A stretch of 63,779 nt of DNA, filler included, from Octopus bimaculoides (Eukaryota), in NCBI RefSeq assembly GCF_001194135.2. It is 7 parts of 7 records of this genome, joined end to end, with 100 filler letters (N's around TTAATTAATTAA, not from the genome) between each part and the next. Parts side by side here need not be neighbours in the genome. Positions count along the whole stretch, not along the records: positions 1 to 10,267 come from NC_068996.1; positions 10,368 to 23,863 come from NC_068982.1; 5 more parts are not named here. One strand, 5' to 3'. A program made the translations under genes and the position numbers. A model generated the notes under the pieces. It was not told the origin of the DNA. It ran no database searches and worked only from the letters and a program-made list of their open reading frames with translations. How positions within the stretch are numbered: the stretch's first letter is position 1; the number at the start of each line of letters is the position of its first letter. This document shows positions 1 through 12,755 of this stretch, one piece after another.

Positions 1-222
1 CTATCATAGTAGGTGCCTTAGGTATAATAAAAACACCAGGACTTACAAATATATATAACATACAGAAAATTGCACTACTGGGCACTGCACACATCCTACG
101 CAAAACACTTTCAATACAGTAACCATAAGTGCATCACAGCAAACCACAGCACATACCCAAGGCACACAGAGCTGCGCTCGGTAGTGAAGTGAAAGCACGT
201 TATAAAAATAAAACTACTGAAC

Positions 223-288
<66 letters not shown>

Positions 289-290
289 CC
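1..290 (+). mobile_element. 3' end of R4/Dong-clade (RLE-type) LINE with (AAT)n tail
   Basis: Translates to IIVGALG...TAHILRK-like REL C-terminus; the 3' UTR (gcatcacagcaaaccacagcacatacccaaggcacacag) recurs at ~37310-37410; ends in an (AAT)n array. Confidence 0.75.
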
Positions 291-710
291 TTTCTTTTAT
301 AGGCAAAAGGTCTGACATTTGTGGGGAGGGAGATAGTAGATTACATCGACCGCAGTACTCAACAGGTACTTAATTTATCGACCACGAAAGGATTAAAGTC
401 AAAGTCGACCTCGGCGGAATTTTAACTCAGAACGTCGCGTTAGACGAAATACTGCTAAGCATTTTACCCGGTGTGCTAAAGATATTGTCAGCTCGTCAAT
501 GGCTTCAAATTTTGGCCCTGCGTCAGCAATAATTTCAGAGGAGGGGCAAGTCGATTACATCAGTACTCAACTGGTACTTATTTTTCGACCCTGAAAGGAT
601 GAAAAGTAAAGTTGACCTCGACGGAATTTGAGCTCAGACTGTAAGGACAGACGAAATGCCGCTAAATATTCTATACCGCGTGCTAACGATTCTACAGGCT
701 TGCCACCTAA
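288..710 (-). mobile_element. Two tandem copies of the abundant tRNA-derived SINE (family A)
   Basis: Both carry the core gtcgactttgcctttcatcctttcggggtcgataaattaagtacc (reverse complement) seen about 20 times in the window, plus A/B-box-like head. Confidence 0.85.
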
Positions 711-749
711 TAATAATAATGAGGGCTTATATGATAATGATAATGATAT

Positions 750-2960
750 TTCTGGATGGGAAAGGCCACCCTGCTCGTTACTCAATCCAAGTTTTTGTTC
801 ATGCGGATTCCTGGATTTAACCAGAACCCGAGCAATTTAACAGTCCGTACATCCAGCGCCCGACGACCCTGTTTGACGGCATGGACCTGTTTTTCTAGGT
901 GCCGAGCTGCAGGTTAACTTTTGCTCCTGTAACCGCTCGACAGCACTATGGTGACATCGTCGATATATGCTAACGCAGATCTCTCACATGCTAGTTCGCG
1001 CAGAATGCCTCTCAATGCCCCCAGTTTGTTTCGTAATGGCTCAAGTGTCAATACACAAAAGAGATGAGAAAGAAGATATCCTTAGTGGACCGAACGCATT
1101 ATTTGAACTATTCCGAAAGGTAGCCATGCAACAGAGCACATGTCGTGTGCATTTCAGCGATCCAGCCTTTGAAAACAGGCCCGAAACCGGCTGCCTTGAT
1201 GATTGCCGCCAGTTGAAGATCATCGATTAATATGGAAAGCATTCAATTGATCTAAGTTTATCAGGTCCCTACCCGTACCAGTTTCCTTATTCACCCTCTT
1301 CACCCTGGGGTAGGGGTTGTCGTAGATGGATCTGTTTGAGATGGTGCATGTCTGCTCCAACCTCACTAGACCGCTGACGATAAGCAAAAACACTTTGCTA
1401 GCACTTTAGTAAAAACCTTAAACTCTGAATTTAGCAGGGCTATGGGCCTAAGACTATCGATATGGTCCTCTTTGTTCGGGTCCTTTATCAGCGCCGCTAC
1501 AGCTCCACAGCTCAGAGAACTGGGAACTCTCTTGTTCTGCTGCCAGTTGCAGTTGACGTCTGCCAAGAGGTCAATGAACAAGTCCGGCATGTAAATATAT
1601 AACTCGTAGCGCAGACTATCCAAACCAGGCGATTTGCTCCATGTACATTCAGGTATCGCCTCCCGTATTTCAGTGGCTGTTATCGGCCTTTCGCAACACT
1701 CCACCTCCATGCTAGAAAGCCGCGGTAGGCTGTCGAAATCGGATCTGAAGTTCATCTCGCAATCCGGTTTGCCACTGTCTCTGAGGAGTTGAGCGAAATT
1801 TCGCTGAAAAGCCACACACGTCTGCTTGGAATCGAGCAACACGCGCCCGTCGTGGCCTGCCAAAGGCCAGATTGTGGCTTTGTTGTCACAACGTCCCTCC
1901 GCCACTCGGGCCCATCGAACAGCTTTCGTTCCCTTGTGTCAAAAAGCATATTCCCTATCTTCGTGCTTTGGGTTGAAGAATTGGTCCAGAGTCAATCTTG
2001 CCGCAAGCACGTCAATTGTACTGCTTTCGAAAAAGCCTCTTCTAGCTTTCAAGCTAGCTTACCCTCTAATCTAGTTTTACCATCGCTACTCCTTTTCTAA
2101 ACCTTATTGATTCCATTCTAATCACCTTTATCGAGACAAACCACCATTTGTTTTGACGACTGGTCCTGTCAACAGCCGCTTTACTAATTCACTAATCCGA
2201 TCTCTGTAGGCCTTGCGCATCGGAAGGACGCGTTCAAGTTCCAGTAACCGGGACCCTGCCTATGAAGTCTATCTATGTCGACCATACAGATCACGAACTT
2301 GTGGTCTGTGTAGTCAACTATGTTGAATTAGAAACATCATCTGCAAGACTTATTTGCTTCCCTGTCTATATACGATCTGGATGACCCAATGCCGATTGTC
2401 CATGTCCACATAGGCACATTTGAGGAATCCAGTTGGTACCTGTCAGACAACTGGAAATATCTTATCAGGTGTGAAAGGCTTTTACAATTTTTCCCTCCAT
2501 CTACTAGCCTCACACGGTCCCAGCGTGCGTCCAGGATAGCGTTTCAGTCTCCCACTAACACTAAAGAGCGAAACGTTCCTAGAATGGTCTGAAAGTGCCT
2601 GAAGAAATCAGACATGCTGTTCCTCTCAGGGCACGGACAGCCATTAGCCTGAAAGCATAGTCTTCCCTGCTAGTCACATCCAACATCATCAACTTACCTT
2701 CTGGGTCCGAGAAGATGGTCCGTATCATGAGATTTAAGCCTTTCTGAAACAACACAAGAACGTCGTCTCCACATCCCAGACGGCTTTCGAGATGCATACA
2801 CCTCCTAGTTGCCGAAAATAGGCGCGACGTCTCGTGCCTCTAAAATTCAGGTCTTGCTGATGGCCACCACATTTATGTTCAGTGACGGAGGTAGTTGAGC
2901 AGGTGACCCTGCTTCCAGGATGATCCCAGGTCACATTCATTTATGTCGCCTATTCTGAGT
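750..2960 (-). mobile_element. Degenerate Tx1/L1-like LINE ORF2 (APE endonuclease plus RT remnants)
   Basis: ORF 1905-1366 has KSPGLD and LRPIALLNSEFKVFTKVLAK; LINLDQ-x-AF near 1290-1240; YIDDVTIVL (YADD-equivalent) near 975-950; endonuclease-like frames at 2100-2950; many stops and deletions. Confidence 0.8.
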
Positions 2961-3069
2961 GAGGCAACGTTGACTGATGAGTAGGAAAAAGATGAAAAGA
3001 CCACTCAGCTTCATTTTTTGAAGGAAGGACGGTTGCTCCATCATTCTGTCTAGTTTTGAGTCCTTTGAC

Positions 3070-3340
3070 TATAATACCTGTGTATATTCCTTTTTGATAG
3101 TATCCTCAGTAGTCCTCAATTGCCTCTGGGAATTTCTTTTCTAACATTGCGAACACCTTGATCAAAATTCTGAAATCTGCGTCTAGCAGAGTCTTGGACC
3201 TAAAATTCTCTATGTGGTTACCCTTATTTGGATCTTTTCTCGGCGGTGCTACAACTTCTTTTCTCACAGAACTAGGAATTCTGCAGTCTGCTGTCAGTTA
3301 CAGTAGATACCAGCCAAAAGGCGACCAAACAATTCTGTCA
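3070..3340 (-). mobile_element. Second Tx1/L1-like RT fragment
   Basis: Manual translation RKDPNKGNHIENFRSKTLLDADFRILIKVF matches KDPNKEDHIDSLRPIALLNSEFKVF in the neighbouring element. Confidence 0.7.
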
Positions 3341-3439
3341 GATAAAAGTACAACTCGTAGTACAGATTAACCACACTAGGCAATCATCCTGCCCCACGTG
3401 CAGCTAATCATGACTTATTGTATTTCCGCAACTATTATC

Positions 3440-4200
3440 GACTTTTCACATCACTCTTTTACCGAGAGTCGCGTCAGATGTCGTGGTAGGCATTCGTCTC
3501 GAACAGCGGAGTGATATTGATAAGCCATAGAAGGGATTGACCATGTGAACAGCTTGGCATGGAGTACTGACAAGTGTATGGCACTCCACTTTGAAAGCAA
3601 CATCCATGCAATCCAAGAACAAGACATTCCACCATGTACCTAAGCATAAAATGTTGACAGACAACAAATGTAGCTTTGCAAGACCAAGAATGAAGACATC
3701 AGCTACATTATTGCCGACTATAAGAGATTGTTTTCTTGATATCATCTTTCTATGAGGCATAATGCGGTGGCTAAAACGGTTTTGGACAGAATAACAGAAA
3801 GTATCTACAAACGAAGTCGACCATATTGAAACTGATGGCTCAAAAGAATATTGGTAGAACTAACAAATTGAAACAGCCAACAAGTTCAAACACAATCAAC
3901 CAAATGCTGTATGAGCCACAAAGAAAAGATATGTTCTGTTGTGGAAATCAGCTGCCTTCTGGACACGAATGTGATTAGAAAAATACAAGAGAAAGAGAAC
4001 ATCTATGGAGTAAGGAGTTTACAAATCCAGCACCCAAAATTCACTGTCAGCTTCATACCGATTATTATGGGAGCAACAGGATACATGCCAACCCGTATGG
4101 CGCAAAGTATAAGTAAACTTGAGATCTTCGGAAGAGAATGCAAGTCTTTAATTCATATACTACAAATGATCATATCTCGGACTATAAAATCTTTTTAAGA
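3440..4200 (+). mobile_element. C-terminal remnant of an RLE-type non-LTR retrotransposon (CCHC knuckle, RHN, REL endonuclease)
   Basis: Frames give RHNAVAKTVL, FKHNQP and VVEISCLLDTNV...EKENIY...PIIMGATG. Confidence 0.7.
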
Positions 4201-4301
4201 TTTAAAGGATATTGATTAAAAGAAGATACTTTCCTTCATAACCTTGCTGCGAAGTGGGTGGCCGGTCAAAATTTACTCTAAAATTAGAAAAAAGAGAATT
4301 A

Positions 4302-4345
<44 letters not shown>

Positions 4346-5624
4346 NNNNNNNNNNNNNNTATATATATATATATATATATATATATCCAAAGAAAGAAGT
4401 GAAAGAGAGAGAGAAAACTAGACAGATAGATATGTGAGTGCGTGCTTCAATCTGTGTTTGTCACAGACTGTACTTAATAAGCTCTCTTACGCAGTAATAT
4501 TGTGGCTGGCTTTTCAAACACCACTTTATTAACGAACGATGTCCTCTCCTGTCCTCTCCTGTCCTCTCCTGGCTTGTTTGGTCGGTCTGAGCTGGTTTGG
4601 TCATGTCAGTAAGGTTCACTTTAGTCGAGACATTAAAAGGACATTTAATGCAATCATTGAAAATTGATGCCAGCTGTTTGATGTACACTTTTCGTACCGG
4701 CAGCAGCGCTATCGTTCTTGGTCAAATTGTCAACGTGGGTGTCATTAAAATAAGATATAAACAAAAAAATATCAGGTGTCTCTTTTTGTCGTTTTAAAAA
4801 GCTTAACGTCGACCACTTCACGCTGATGACTAAATCAAGGTGATGTTGGAGCTGGTGGTGTTGGTAGTACGTGGCAATCGTTAGGGTGTGCTGCATGAAT
4901 ATCGAAATCTACTTAAACATTTTAATTTACCTATCTATTTATTAATTTATTTATTCATTCATTTATTTATTTATTCATTCATTCATTCAGTTATTCATTC
5001 ATTCATTCATTCATTCAATTATTTATGCTCCTGTTTATTTATCATTCTCTCTATCCATCCATATAAGAATATCCATATACCTGTATATTCTTTCATATGC
5101 CGATGTATGTATGTACGTATGTGTGTATGTATGTCTGTGTCTGTCCGACTGTCTGTCTATCGTTTCGTCTCATTATTCATGACTCTACTTCTCCCTTTCT
5201 TCCTTTTTCTTAAATGTTGCTTTTCTAATCTAATATGTTGATTCAGTTTATTTTTTCGAGTCCAGTTCTTCATTTTATCTAAATTAACGGATATCTGCTG
5301 AGAAGGGTATGTGTACCTCATGACCTTTGTTCTTTCAACTGCACAGCAACTACCAGTAAATATCTCCTCCACCTCTACAACTCAATTCACTTTTCCTTTC
5401 CTACCTTTCTATTATATTTATGTCCTTTCTTTCTAACATTTACTTTTTCTTTCTCTCGTTATTTATTTTTATTTTTGCTCTTTTCTTTCGTATAGTTTAA
5501 TAATTTATTCGCTTCATTCTTTCACTAAATCGTTCTTTTTCTTTCTGTTTTATCGTTCTTTCCTTTATTTACACATTTCTTCATTACTTTTCTTTTAACT
5601 TTTATTATTCATTACTTGCTTTAG

Positions 5625-5775
5625 TCATTTGACTGCGGCCATGCTGGGGTACCGCCTTCAAAATTTTTTGCCGAACAAATCGACGCCGGTAGTTATTTTA
5701 GTTAAGCCTGGTACTTATTCTATCGGTCTCTTTTGCCGAAGTGCTAATATACGGGGACGCAGTCACACCACCATA
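5625..5775 (-). mobile_element. SINE family B fragment (related copies at ~10130-10267, ~14070-14195, ~21070-21210)
   Basis: Shared motif gactgcggccatgctgg...gtacttattctatcggtctcttttgccgaac...gctaagttacggggacg. Confidence 0.75.
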
Positions 5776-5945
5776 GTAACTAATGGTTTTAAACACTGTA
5801 GTCTCCTTTACAAATTAGCTGCCAACCAACAATACATATTACTAGCCATATATTCGACAATGTAACACATCACGATCAAAACCCGACAGAGTTCCGTTCC
5901 ACAATATAAAACATTCTCTTCGTACACTTACAGTAGATACATAGA

Positions 5946-5984
<39 letters not shown>

Positions 5985-6309
5985 TGTTATTAATCCTAAC
6001 AATGTGTGGAATAGAAGAAATAAAGGTGAAAATGCAGAGAATATATTAAACTTAATTAGAATTTCATTCCTTTTTAAGTTATAGGAATACACTTTACCGG
6101 TTTCGCAGTAGGTTTTCAGAAGTGTATTTTATATAGAGTTGTGTCGCGAATTATGTCTATTCTGGCCGTTATTATAAAATTAGTCTGTTTTTAAAGCAGG
6201 AATGTGGCTCGAACGCTCTTTGTTAGCATATAAATTGATTGGTCAACGAATATATCATCATTTTCATCATCATCATCATCATCGTCATCATCATCATCAT
6301 CATCATCAT

Positions 6310-6980
6310 CCATTAAAGCCAAATTTTCGCACGAGACTAGCAATTTCGGGGCTGGGGTAAGTCGATTATATTGACCCCAGTGCTCAACTGGTACTTAATT
6401 TATTGACCTCGAATTGATGAAAGGCTTAGTTGACCTCGTTGGAATTTGGACACAAAACTTGAAGACGCACAAAACGCCGCTAAGCATTTCGCAAATTATT
6501 GATTTGCTAACGATTCTGATAGCTCACCGCCCTATCTATGCCTAATACTGAATACAGGAATAAGACGGCGTGCTGACTGAACGGTTAGCACGCAAGGCAA
6601 AATGCTTTGCAGCAGCATTTCATCTAGCCTAACGTACTGAGTTCAAATTCCATCGAAGTCGACTTTGCCTTTCATCCTTTCGGAGTCGATAAATCAAATA
6701 CCAGTTAAGTACTGGGATCGATGTAATTGACTAATCTCCTCCCCCAAATTTGAATTATTATTTTTATATATAAGACGGCGAGCTGGCAGAATCGTTAGCA
6801 CGCTGGACGAAATGCTTAGCAGTATTTCGCTTGTCGCTACTTTCTGAGTTCAAATTTCACCGAAGTCGACTTTACCTTTGATATTTAGAGATCGATAAGA
6901 TAAGTACCAGCTGACCACTGGGGTCGATGTGATCGGCTCATCTCCCACCAAAGTTGCTGCCCTAGTGGAAAAATTTGAAA

Positions 6981-6985
<5 letters not shown>
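6310..6985. mobile_element. Cluster of three family A SINEs (one minus, two plus)
   Basis: Family A core on minus at ~6310-6530 and on plus at ~6560-6750 and ~6770-6985. Confidence 0.8.
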
Positions 6986-7012
<27 letters not shown>

Positions 7013-7109
7013 GAGTGAGAGAGAAGTGCATGCCATCAACAGGTTCTTTTAAAACATCTTCTCTCCAAATATTATAGCTGTATCAGGGAATTTCGAAAAC
7101 TCTCTAAAT

Positions 7110-7141
<32 letters not shown>

Positions 7142-7571
7142 NNNNNNNNNNNNNNNNNNNNNNNNNNNNNNNNNNNNNNNNNNNNNNNNNNNNNNNNNNN
7201 NNNNNNNNNNNNNNNNNNNNNNNNNNNNNNNNNNNNNNNNNNNNNNNNNNNNNNNNNNNNNNNNNNNNNNNNNNNNNNNNNNNNNNNNNNNNNNNNNNNN
7301 NNNNNNNNNNNNNNNNNNNNNNNNNNNNNNNNNNNNNNNNNNNNNNNNNNNNNNNNNNNNNNNNNNNNNNNNNNNNNNNNNNNNNNNNNNNNNNNNNNNN
7401 NNNNNNNNNNNNNNNNNNNNNNNNNNNNNNNNNNNNNNNNNNNNNNNNNNNNNNNNNNNNNNNNNNNNNNNNNNNNNNNNNNNNNNNNNNNNNNNNNNNN
7501 NNNNNNNNNNNNNNNNNNNNNNNNNNNNNNNNNNNNNNNNNNNNNNNNNNNNNNNNNNNNNNNNNNNNNNN

Positions 7572-7614
<43 letters not shown>

Positions 7615-7859
7615 ATTGTGAAACAATATAAAAGTAAAGCTATTAAATGTGAAACTATATAAGTGAAACTATTTATAACTTACTCCGTGGAATTTTTCAC
7701 TTTTATTCTTCGAGTTTGGAGACGTAATACGCAACCAATTCCAATTTTGCAATGTTTTAAACTAAAACATGATATAGTATTTCAATTGATTTGGTTGAAT
7801 CATTTGAGAATTCATTGGGAACACAGATATACGAAGGATTATAGATATATGTATATAGA

Positions 7860-8090
7860 CAAGTCGGTGAGCTGGCAGAATCTTTAGTACGCCAGGCGAA
7901 ATCTTAGTGGTATTTCGTCAACCACTACGTTCTGACTTCAAATGCCGTCGAGTTCGACTCTGCTTTTTATCCTTTCGGGATCGATAAATTAAGTACTGGG
8001 GTCGATCTAATCGGCTCATCTCTTTCCCCAAATATCAGGCCTTGTGTCTACAAAAGAAAGGATTATTATTATTATTATTATTATTATTAT

Positions 8091-8137
<47 letters not shown>

Positions 8138-8590
8138 TAAGGCCGCGCTGGCAGAATTGTCAGCACACCGGGCAAAATATTTAGTGGCATTTCGTCCGTC
8201 ATTACCGTGTGACTTCCCATTCTGTGGAGATCGACTTTGCCTTTCATCCTTTCGGGGTCGATAAATTAAGTACCAGTTACGCACTGGGGTCTATGCAATC
8301 GACTTACTCCCTCTCCGAAATTTCTGGCCTTGTGCCAAAATTTGAAACCAATATTAGACATACATAAGGTGGCGAGCTGACAGCATCGTTAGCACGCCGA
8401 GTAAAATGTTTAGCAGTATTTCGTTCCTCTTAATGTTCTGAGTCCAAATTGCGCTGAGGTCGAGTTTCCCTTTCATCCTTTCGTTGGGTGATAGAAATAA
8501 ATAAGTACAATTTGAGCACTAGGATCGATGTAATCGACTTACCCCTTACCTTGAAATTGCTGGCTTTGTGCCAAAATTAGAAACCAATAT
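7860..8590 (+). mobile_element. Three tandem family A SINEs separated by ATT/AAT tails
   Basis: Repeated gagctggcagaat...gttctgagttcaaat...tttcatcctttcgg...gtcgat core. Confidence 0.85.
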
Positions 8591-9199
8591 TAAATGCTGG
8601 AGCCGAATGCCCCTCTAGTTAATTGAAATATTGTAAAATTGTAAAGACTTATATATAATATTTATGAGTATCAGTCTTGAAAATTAAGGAAAATATTATT
8701 TATTTTCATTGGACTCGGCCAAAAGATAATGGTTAAGTGAAGCATGCAAAAAACAAATTATTGGAAAGTAAAAGCTGTTTTGTCATTTGAGGAATTGCAT
8801 CTGTAGGTTGATTGCCTGAAGTAAAGAAATAATGTAAATTTACTGATGAAATTCAGATACCATACTTTACAAGAATTGTAATAAAAATAATAACAAAATT
8901 GAATAAATAAACTAAAATAAATAAGTAGATGAAATTAAAATATGAAAGATAAAGCTAAATACATAAATGAAAGAGAGAATCTTGTAGATGCGCTGCCCAT
9001 TTCTAAAAATGAATACAAGCATATATTCACAAACGGACTCACATGCATACGCATATATTGTATACGCATGTGTGTATATGTGTGTATAGGGGGAAGTATG
9101 TGTGTCTCTTAAATGGCGAAGACTGTGCGTAAGAGACGAAATTCCATTTCTTTTACCTATATCTGATACATACATACATACATACATACATACATACAT

Positions 9200-10060
9200 A
9201 CATGATGGCTTCCCCCTCGTTATCGAGTATGGCCATTGCACGAAGCTTAACTTAACGGTACTTTGATCGAATGTGACTTTTTAGCGCAGCTAAAGATCTA
9301 CAATGTCTTGCACAGAGTTGGCATCCAAAACCTTTGCTGGCAATAGCTGGCTGTTGTTGTAATTGGGCTCCATGTACCTTTGTGTGTCGTTTAAGTCCTC
9401 CTGCTGAATCACACTCCCTTCCACATGCCCGACGGACATGATTAGTGTGGTGTGTAGCATCATCACCAGCGGCCTGGTAGTCAATCATCGGTCTTGCTTT
9501 ATGACTACGAAGATGACTCATAAGCCCAGCTTTACTGAGGCACGGTCTTGCACAGACACTGCATGTCAGTGTCATAGGAAGACCCTTACTGTCTGGAAGT
9601 GCAACAACGATGCCCTTCCTGACATCCCTCCTTACTTTCTCATGCGCAACTCAAGGTTTCTCAAAAGTAGCTTTCCCCTCATGCACAATCCTTTTCCACC
9701 TGCTACGGTCAAAAGCTATGCCCCCTCATTTGTCAGGAGAGATGCTAGCATCTCACAAGGAAACTTTCAGCAAACCTTTATACCTCTTTGGCTTATGTGG
9801 AAGTCGTTCTCCTTTAGCTAACTCTCCATAAAAGAGTTGTTTTGGCATCCTTGAATCTTTCATCCTGACCAGATGACCACTCCATTTGAGCCATTGCCTC
9901 AACACAAGAGCTTCTATACTTTCACACCGAGAGCTTTCCAATATCTCAAGATCACTGATGCGGTCCTCCCACTTGATGCCATAGATCCATTTGAGACACA
10001 TCTGATGGAAACGTTCCAGTTGTTTAAGGTGGTATCGATATGTGATCCAGTTCTCGCAGG

Positions 10061-10063
<3 letters not shown>
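9200..10063 (-). mobile_element. 5'-truncated RTE-clade LINE with C-terminal C2H2 zinc fingers and (ATGT)n tail
   Basis: LERFHQMCLKWIYGIKWEDRISDLEIL...LKWSGHLVRMKDSRMPKQLFYGEL is the RTE post-RT region; ORF 9575-9252 has C2H2 motifs; 3' UTR atggccatactcgataacgagggggaagccat precedes the ATGT repeat. Confidence 0.85.
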
Positions 10064-10092
<29 letters not shown>

Positions 10093-10267
10093 CATACATA
10101 CATGCAAATATTTATATATATCTTTTCTCTTTAAACTTTTACTCGTTTCAATCATTTGACTAAGGCCATTCTGAAGCACCACCTTGAATTTTTAATCGAA
10201 TGTATCGATCTCAGTACTTATTTTTTAAAGTCTAGTAATTCCCTATCGGTCACTTGTGCCGAACCGC

Positions 10268-10367
10268 NNNNNNNNNNNNNNNNNNNNNNNNNNNNNNNNN
10301 NNNNNNNNNNNTTAATTAATTAANNNNNNNNNNNNNNNNNNNNNNNNNNNNNNNNNNNNNNNNNNNN
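10268..10367. other. Assembly gap with artificial six-frame-stop linker TTAATTAATTAA (also ~23908, ~45060, ~50131, ~56583, ~61692)
   Basis: The identical palindromic 12-mer is embedded in N runs at six sites. Confidence 0.9.
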
Positions 10368-10441
<74 letters not shown>

Positions 10442-12332
10442 GGGAGTAATTTCTGACTACTCACGTACTGAGAGAACTGTAGTAACTTTGCATTACTGCA
10501 CATCTTAAATAAATGATAAATGTAATTGTCATTAGTTATTTGCAGTAAAGTTGTGAAAGCAAAATTATTGAAGTCAGTACGGTCTTCCATTCTATGATGC
10601 ATATATCATTATATAATATTATATTATATTGATATACATTATCAAAACAAAAAAAAAAGGCTATATTTTATTTTACTAGTGTAGTGAATATCGTAAAGCA
10701 AGTGTAATGCTTTGTTCTTCAGTTGTCGTCTGCCACTATTTAATTTCATTTATACAGTTATTACCCTCCTAAAATGCTTGAAAGTCACAATACTCCGCAT
10801 TCCCTCTGCCTGAAAAAGGGAACAAGTTTTATGCAATGTTTAAAAAAAGCTAAAAAAAATACCTTAGGTTCTTTGATGGGGAAAATGATTTTTCTTTTGT
10901 GCTTTCCTTAAATTCAGCATTTGTTTCATTACCTTACGCTGAGTTCAAATTGGCCAAAGTCAACTTTCTGGCTTTGTGTCTAAATCATAATCTATTAATA
11001 TTATGGTTGTTCTTGTATAGTTGGTCTACAGCGGTGAAACAGTTGAGCGACGAACGAAATACCTTGCGATATTGAATTTTCTTTTACATTCTGAGTTCAA
11101 ACTTTGTCGGGGTCGATAAATAGGTACCGGTCAAGTACTAGGTATGGTTAAAGTGACTGTAACAAATGACGTGGCTTTGAGTAAATGTTAGAAAATTTTA
11201 TTATATTGCTAGTTCATTTTTTATATAGCTAGAGTAGTTTCTTTGTTAACACTATCTAAACTAATACGTTGTTTTGTTCCTTTTCAAATTCCAAACTGAA
11301 TACAATATCTAATATCGTTCATCTGAAAAATCTCAATCGTTAATGTATTCTGATAGTGTGCCATAGCGTCGGTGTTGTATCCTTCATCAAAACTTTTGAC
11401 TCTAAAGGACCCGGTGAGCTTAGCTTTAAATCAGTATCATAATGTAGAGTAGTTTATCGCCGCAAGCATCAGTTGCATAGTAAAATTGGCGAATGCTTTA
11501 TTAATCTGCTATCTGCCTCCATGTATCAAATATATGAGTTATTCATATATCAAATAATATCAAAATAAGCCATATGTAACGGCGTTTATAAATTTCTATG
11601 ATTACAAGAAATAAAAAAAAGGAAAAAATAAGATGAAAAGAAAAAGCAACAGACATGAATTACGAATAGAGACTGTGTATGTGAGTGTATTAGAGATCTA
11701 GAGCGGTGGATTGTATCAGGAAAAAATAAAGAGGTTTTTTATGGGATGGAATTGTCATAATAAGAAAACAAAATGTAGTGATGATAGATGATGAGCAGAT
11801 AGCTTATGTCGAACAAGACAAATAATAAGAGCCTTTATGTGTTCGTTCCCTGTAGACACGAGAAAAAAATATGTCTGGCTGGTATCTTCTTATCTTGATA
11901 AGCATAAATTTGCACATGAAACGTCTTCGGCCAGTGTCATTAGCGACATGTTTCACAGAATTTTTGGAGCGCCAACAAAGTTGTCAAATCAACTCGCATG
12001 AGTTTCCCCAACAGAGAGAAGCGCTGTCTTGTTGTATTAGCCATCTGCTACGTAAAAACCTGGACGGCAGCCATGACAGTTGAGTTCGGTCAGCGTTATT
12101 GGCAACACGTGTTTAACGAATCGGCTGGATTACAACATAAAGTGGGAAATACACACACACGCACACACACACATACACACACGCACACATACATACATAC
12201 ACACGCACACGCACATACACACACACACACATATGTATATATATATATACACACACACTCTCACAGATACAAAGATACACACACATTCATACATATATGC
12301 ACACACACACACAAACACACAAACACGCACAT

Positions 12333-12365
<33 letters not shown>

Positions 12366-12374
12366 AAATATCTT

Positions 12375-12418
<44 letters not shown>

Positions 12419-12669
12419 GTGTAAGTGCGCAAGTGTGTGTGTGTGTGGTGAGGGAGTATGCATCTGTATACATGCATGTGTGTGTTTGTGTGTGTGAGAG
12501 TGTTTTTGTGATTTTGGGAATGCACATAAATTATAGAGTCTATGAGTATATTGAGGGAAAAAAAGCAGTATGTATGATATGTAATGTGAGAAAGGCAAGC
12601 TTAGAAAACGTTAAAAAAAACACATACAGAAAGGAAAGAAATAGACCAACAAAAAAAAGGAAAGAGAGC

Positions 12670-12755
12670 GTGTGACAAGAGTAAGAGAGAATGTGACAAG
12701 AGTAAGAGAGAGTGTGACAAGAGTAAGAGAGAGTGTGACAAGAGTAAGAGAGATG
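12670..12755. repeat. 21-bp tandem repeat (gtgtgacaagagtaagagaga) x~4
   Basis: Direct reading; it produces the LSYSCHT repeats in the ORF track. Confidence 0.85.

Noticed and set aside
4461-4900. Short ORFs and a possible minus-strand terminal peptide HAAHPNDCHVLPTPPAPTSP*
   Set aside because: No convincing splice acceptor or recognisable homology.
7072-7626. Long ORFs containing X runs (also 13194-13751, 16913-17716, 28289-28989, 31120-31620, 42978-44030, 60452-60920)
   Set aside because: They are open only because N gaps contain no stop codons.
10311-10323. Recurrent palindrome TTAATTAATTAA inside N runs (six sites)
   Set aside because: Artificial six-frame-stop scaffolding linker, not biology; it also means adjacency across these joins is uncertain.
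11830-12150. 70-aa ORF after a weak plus-strand acceptor
   Set aside because: No recognisable domain and no donor; could be unique non-coding DNA.
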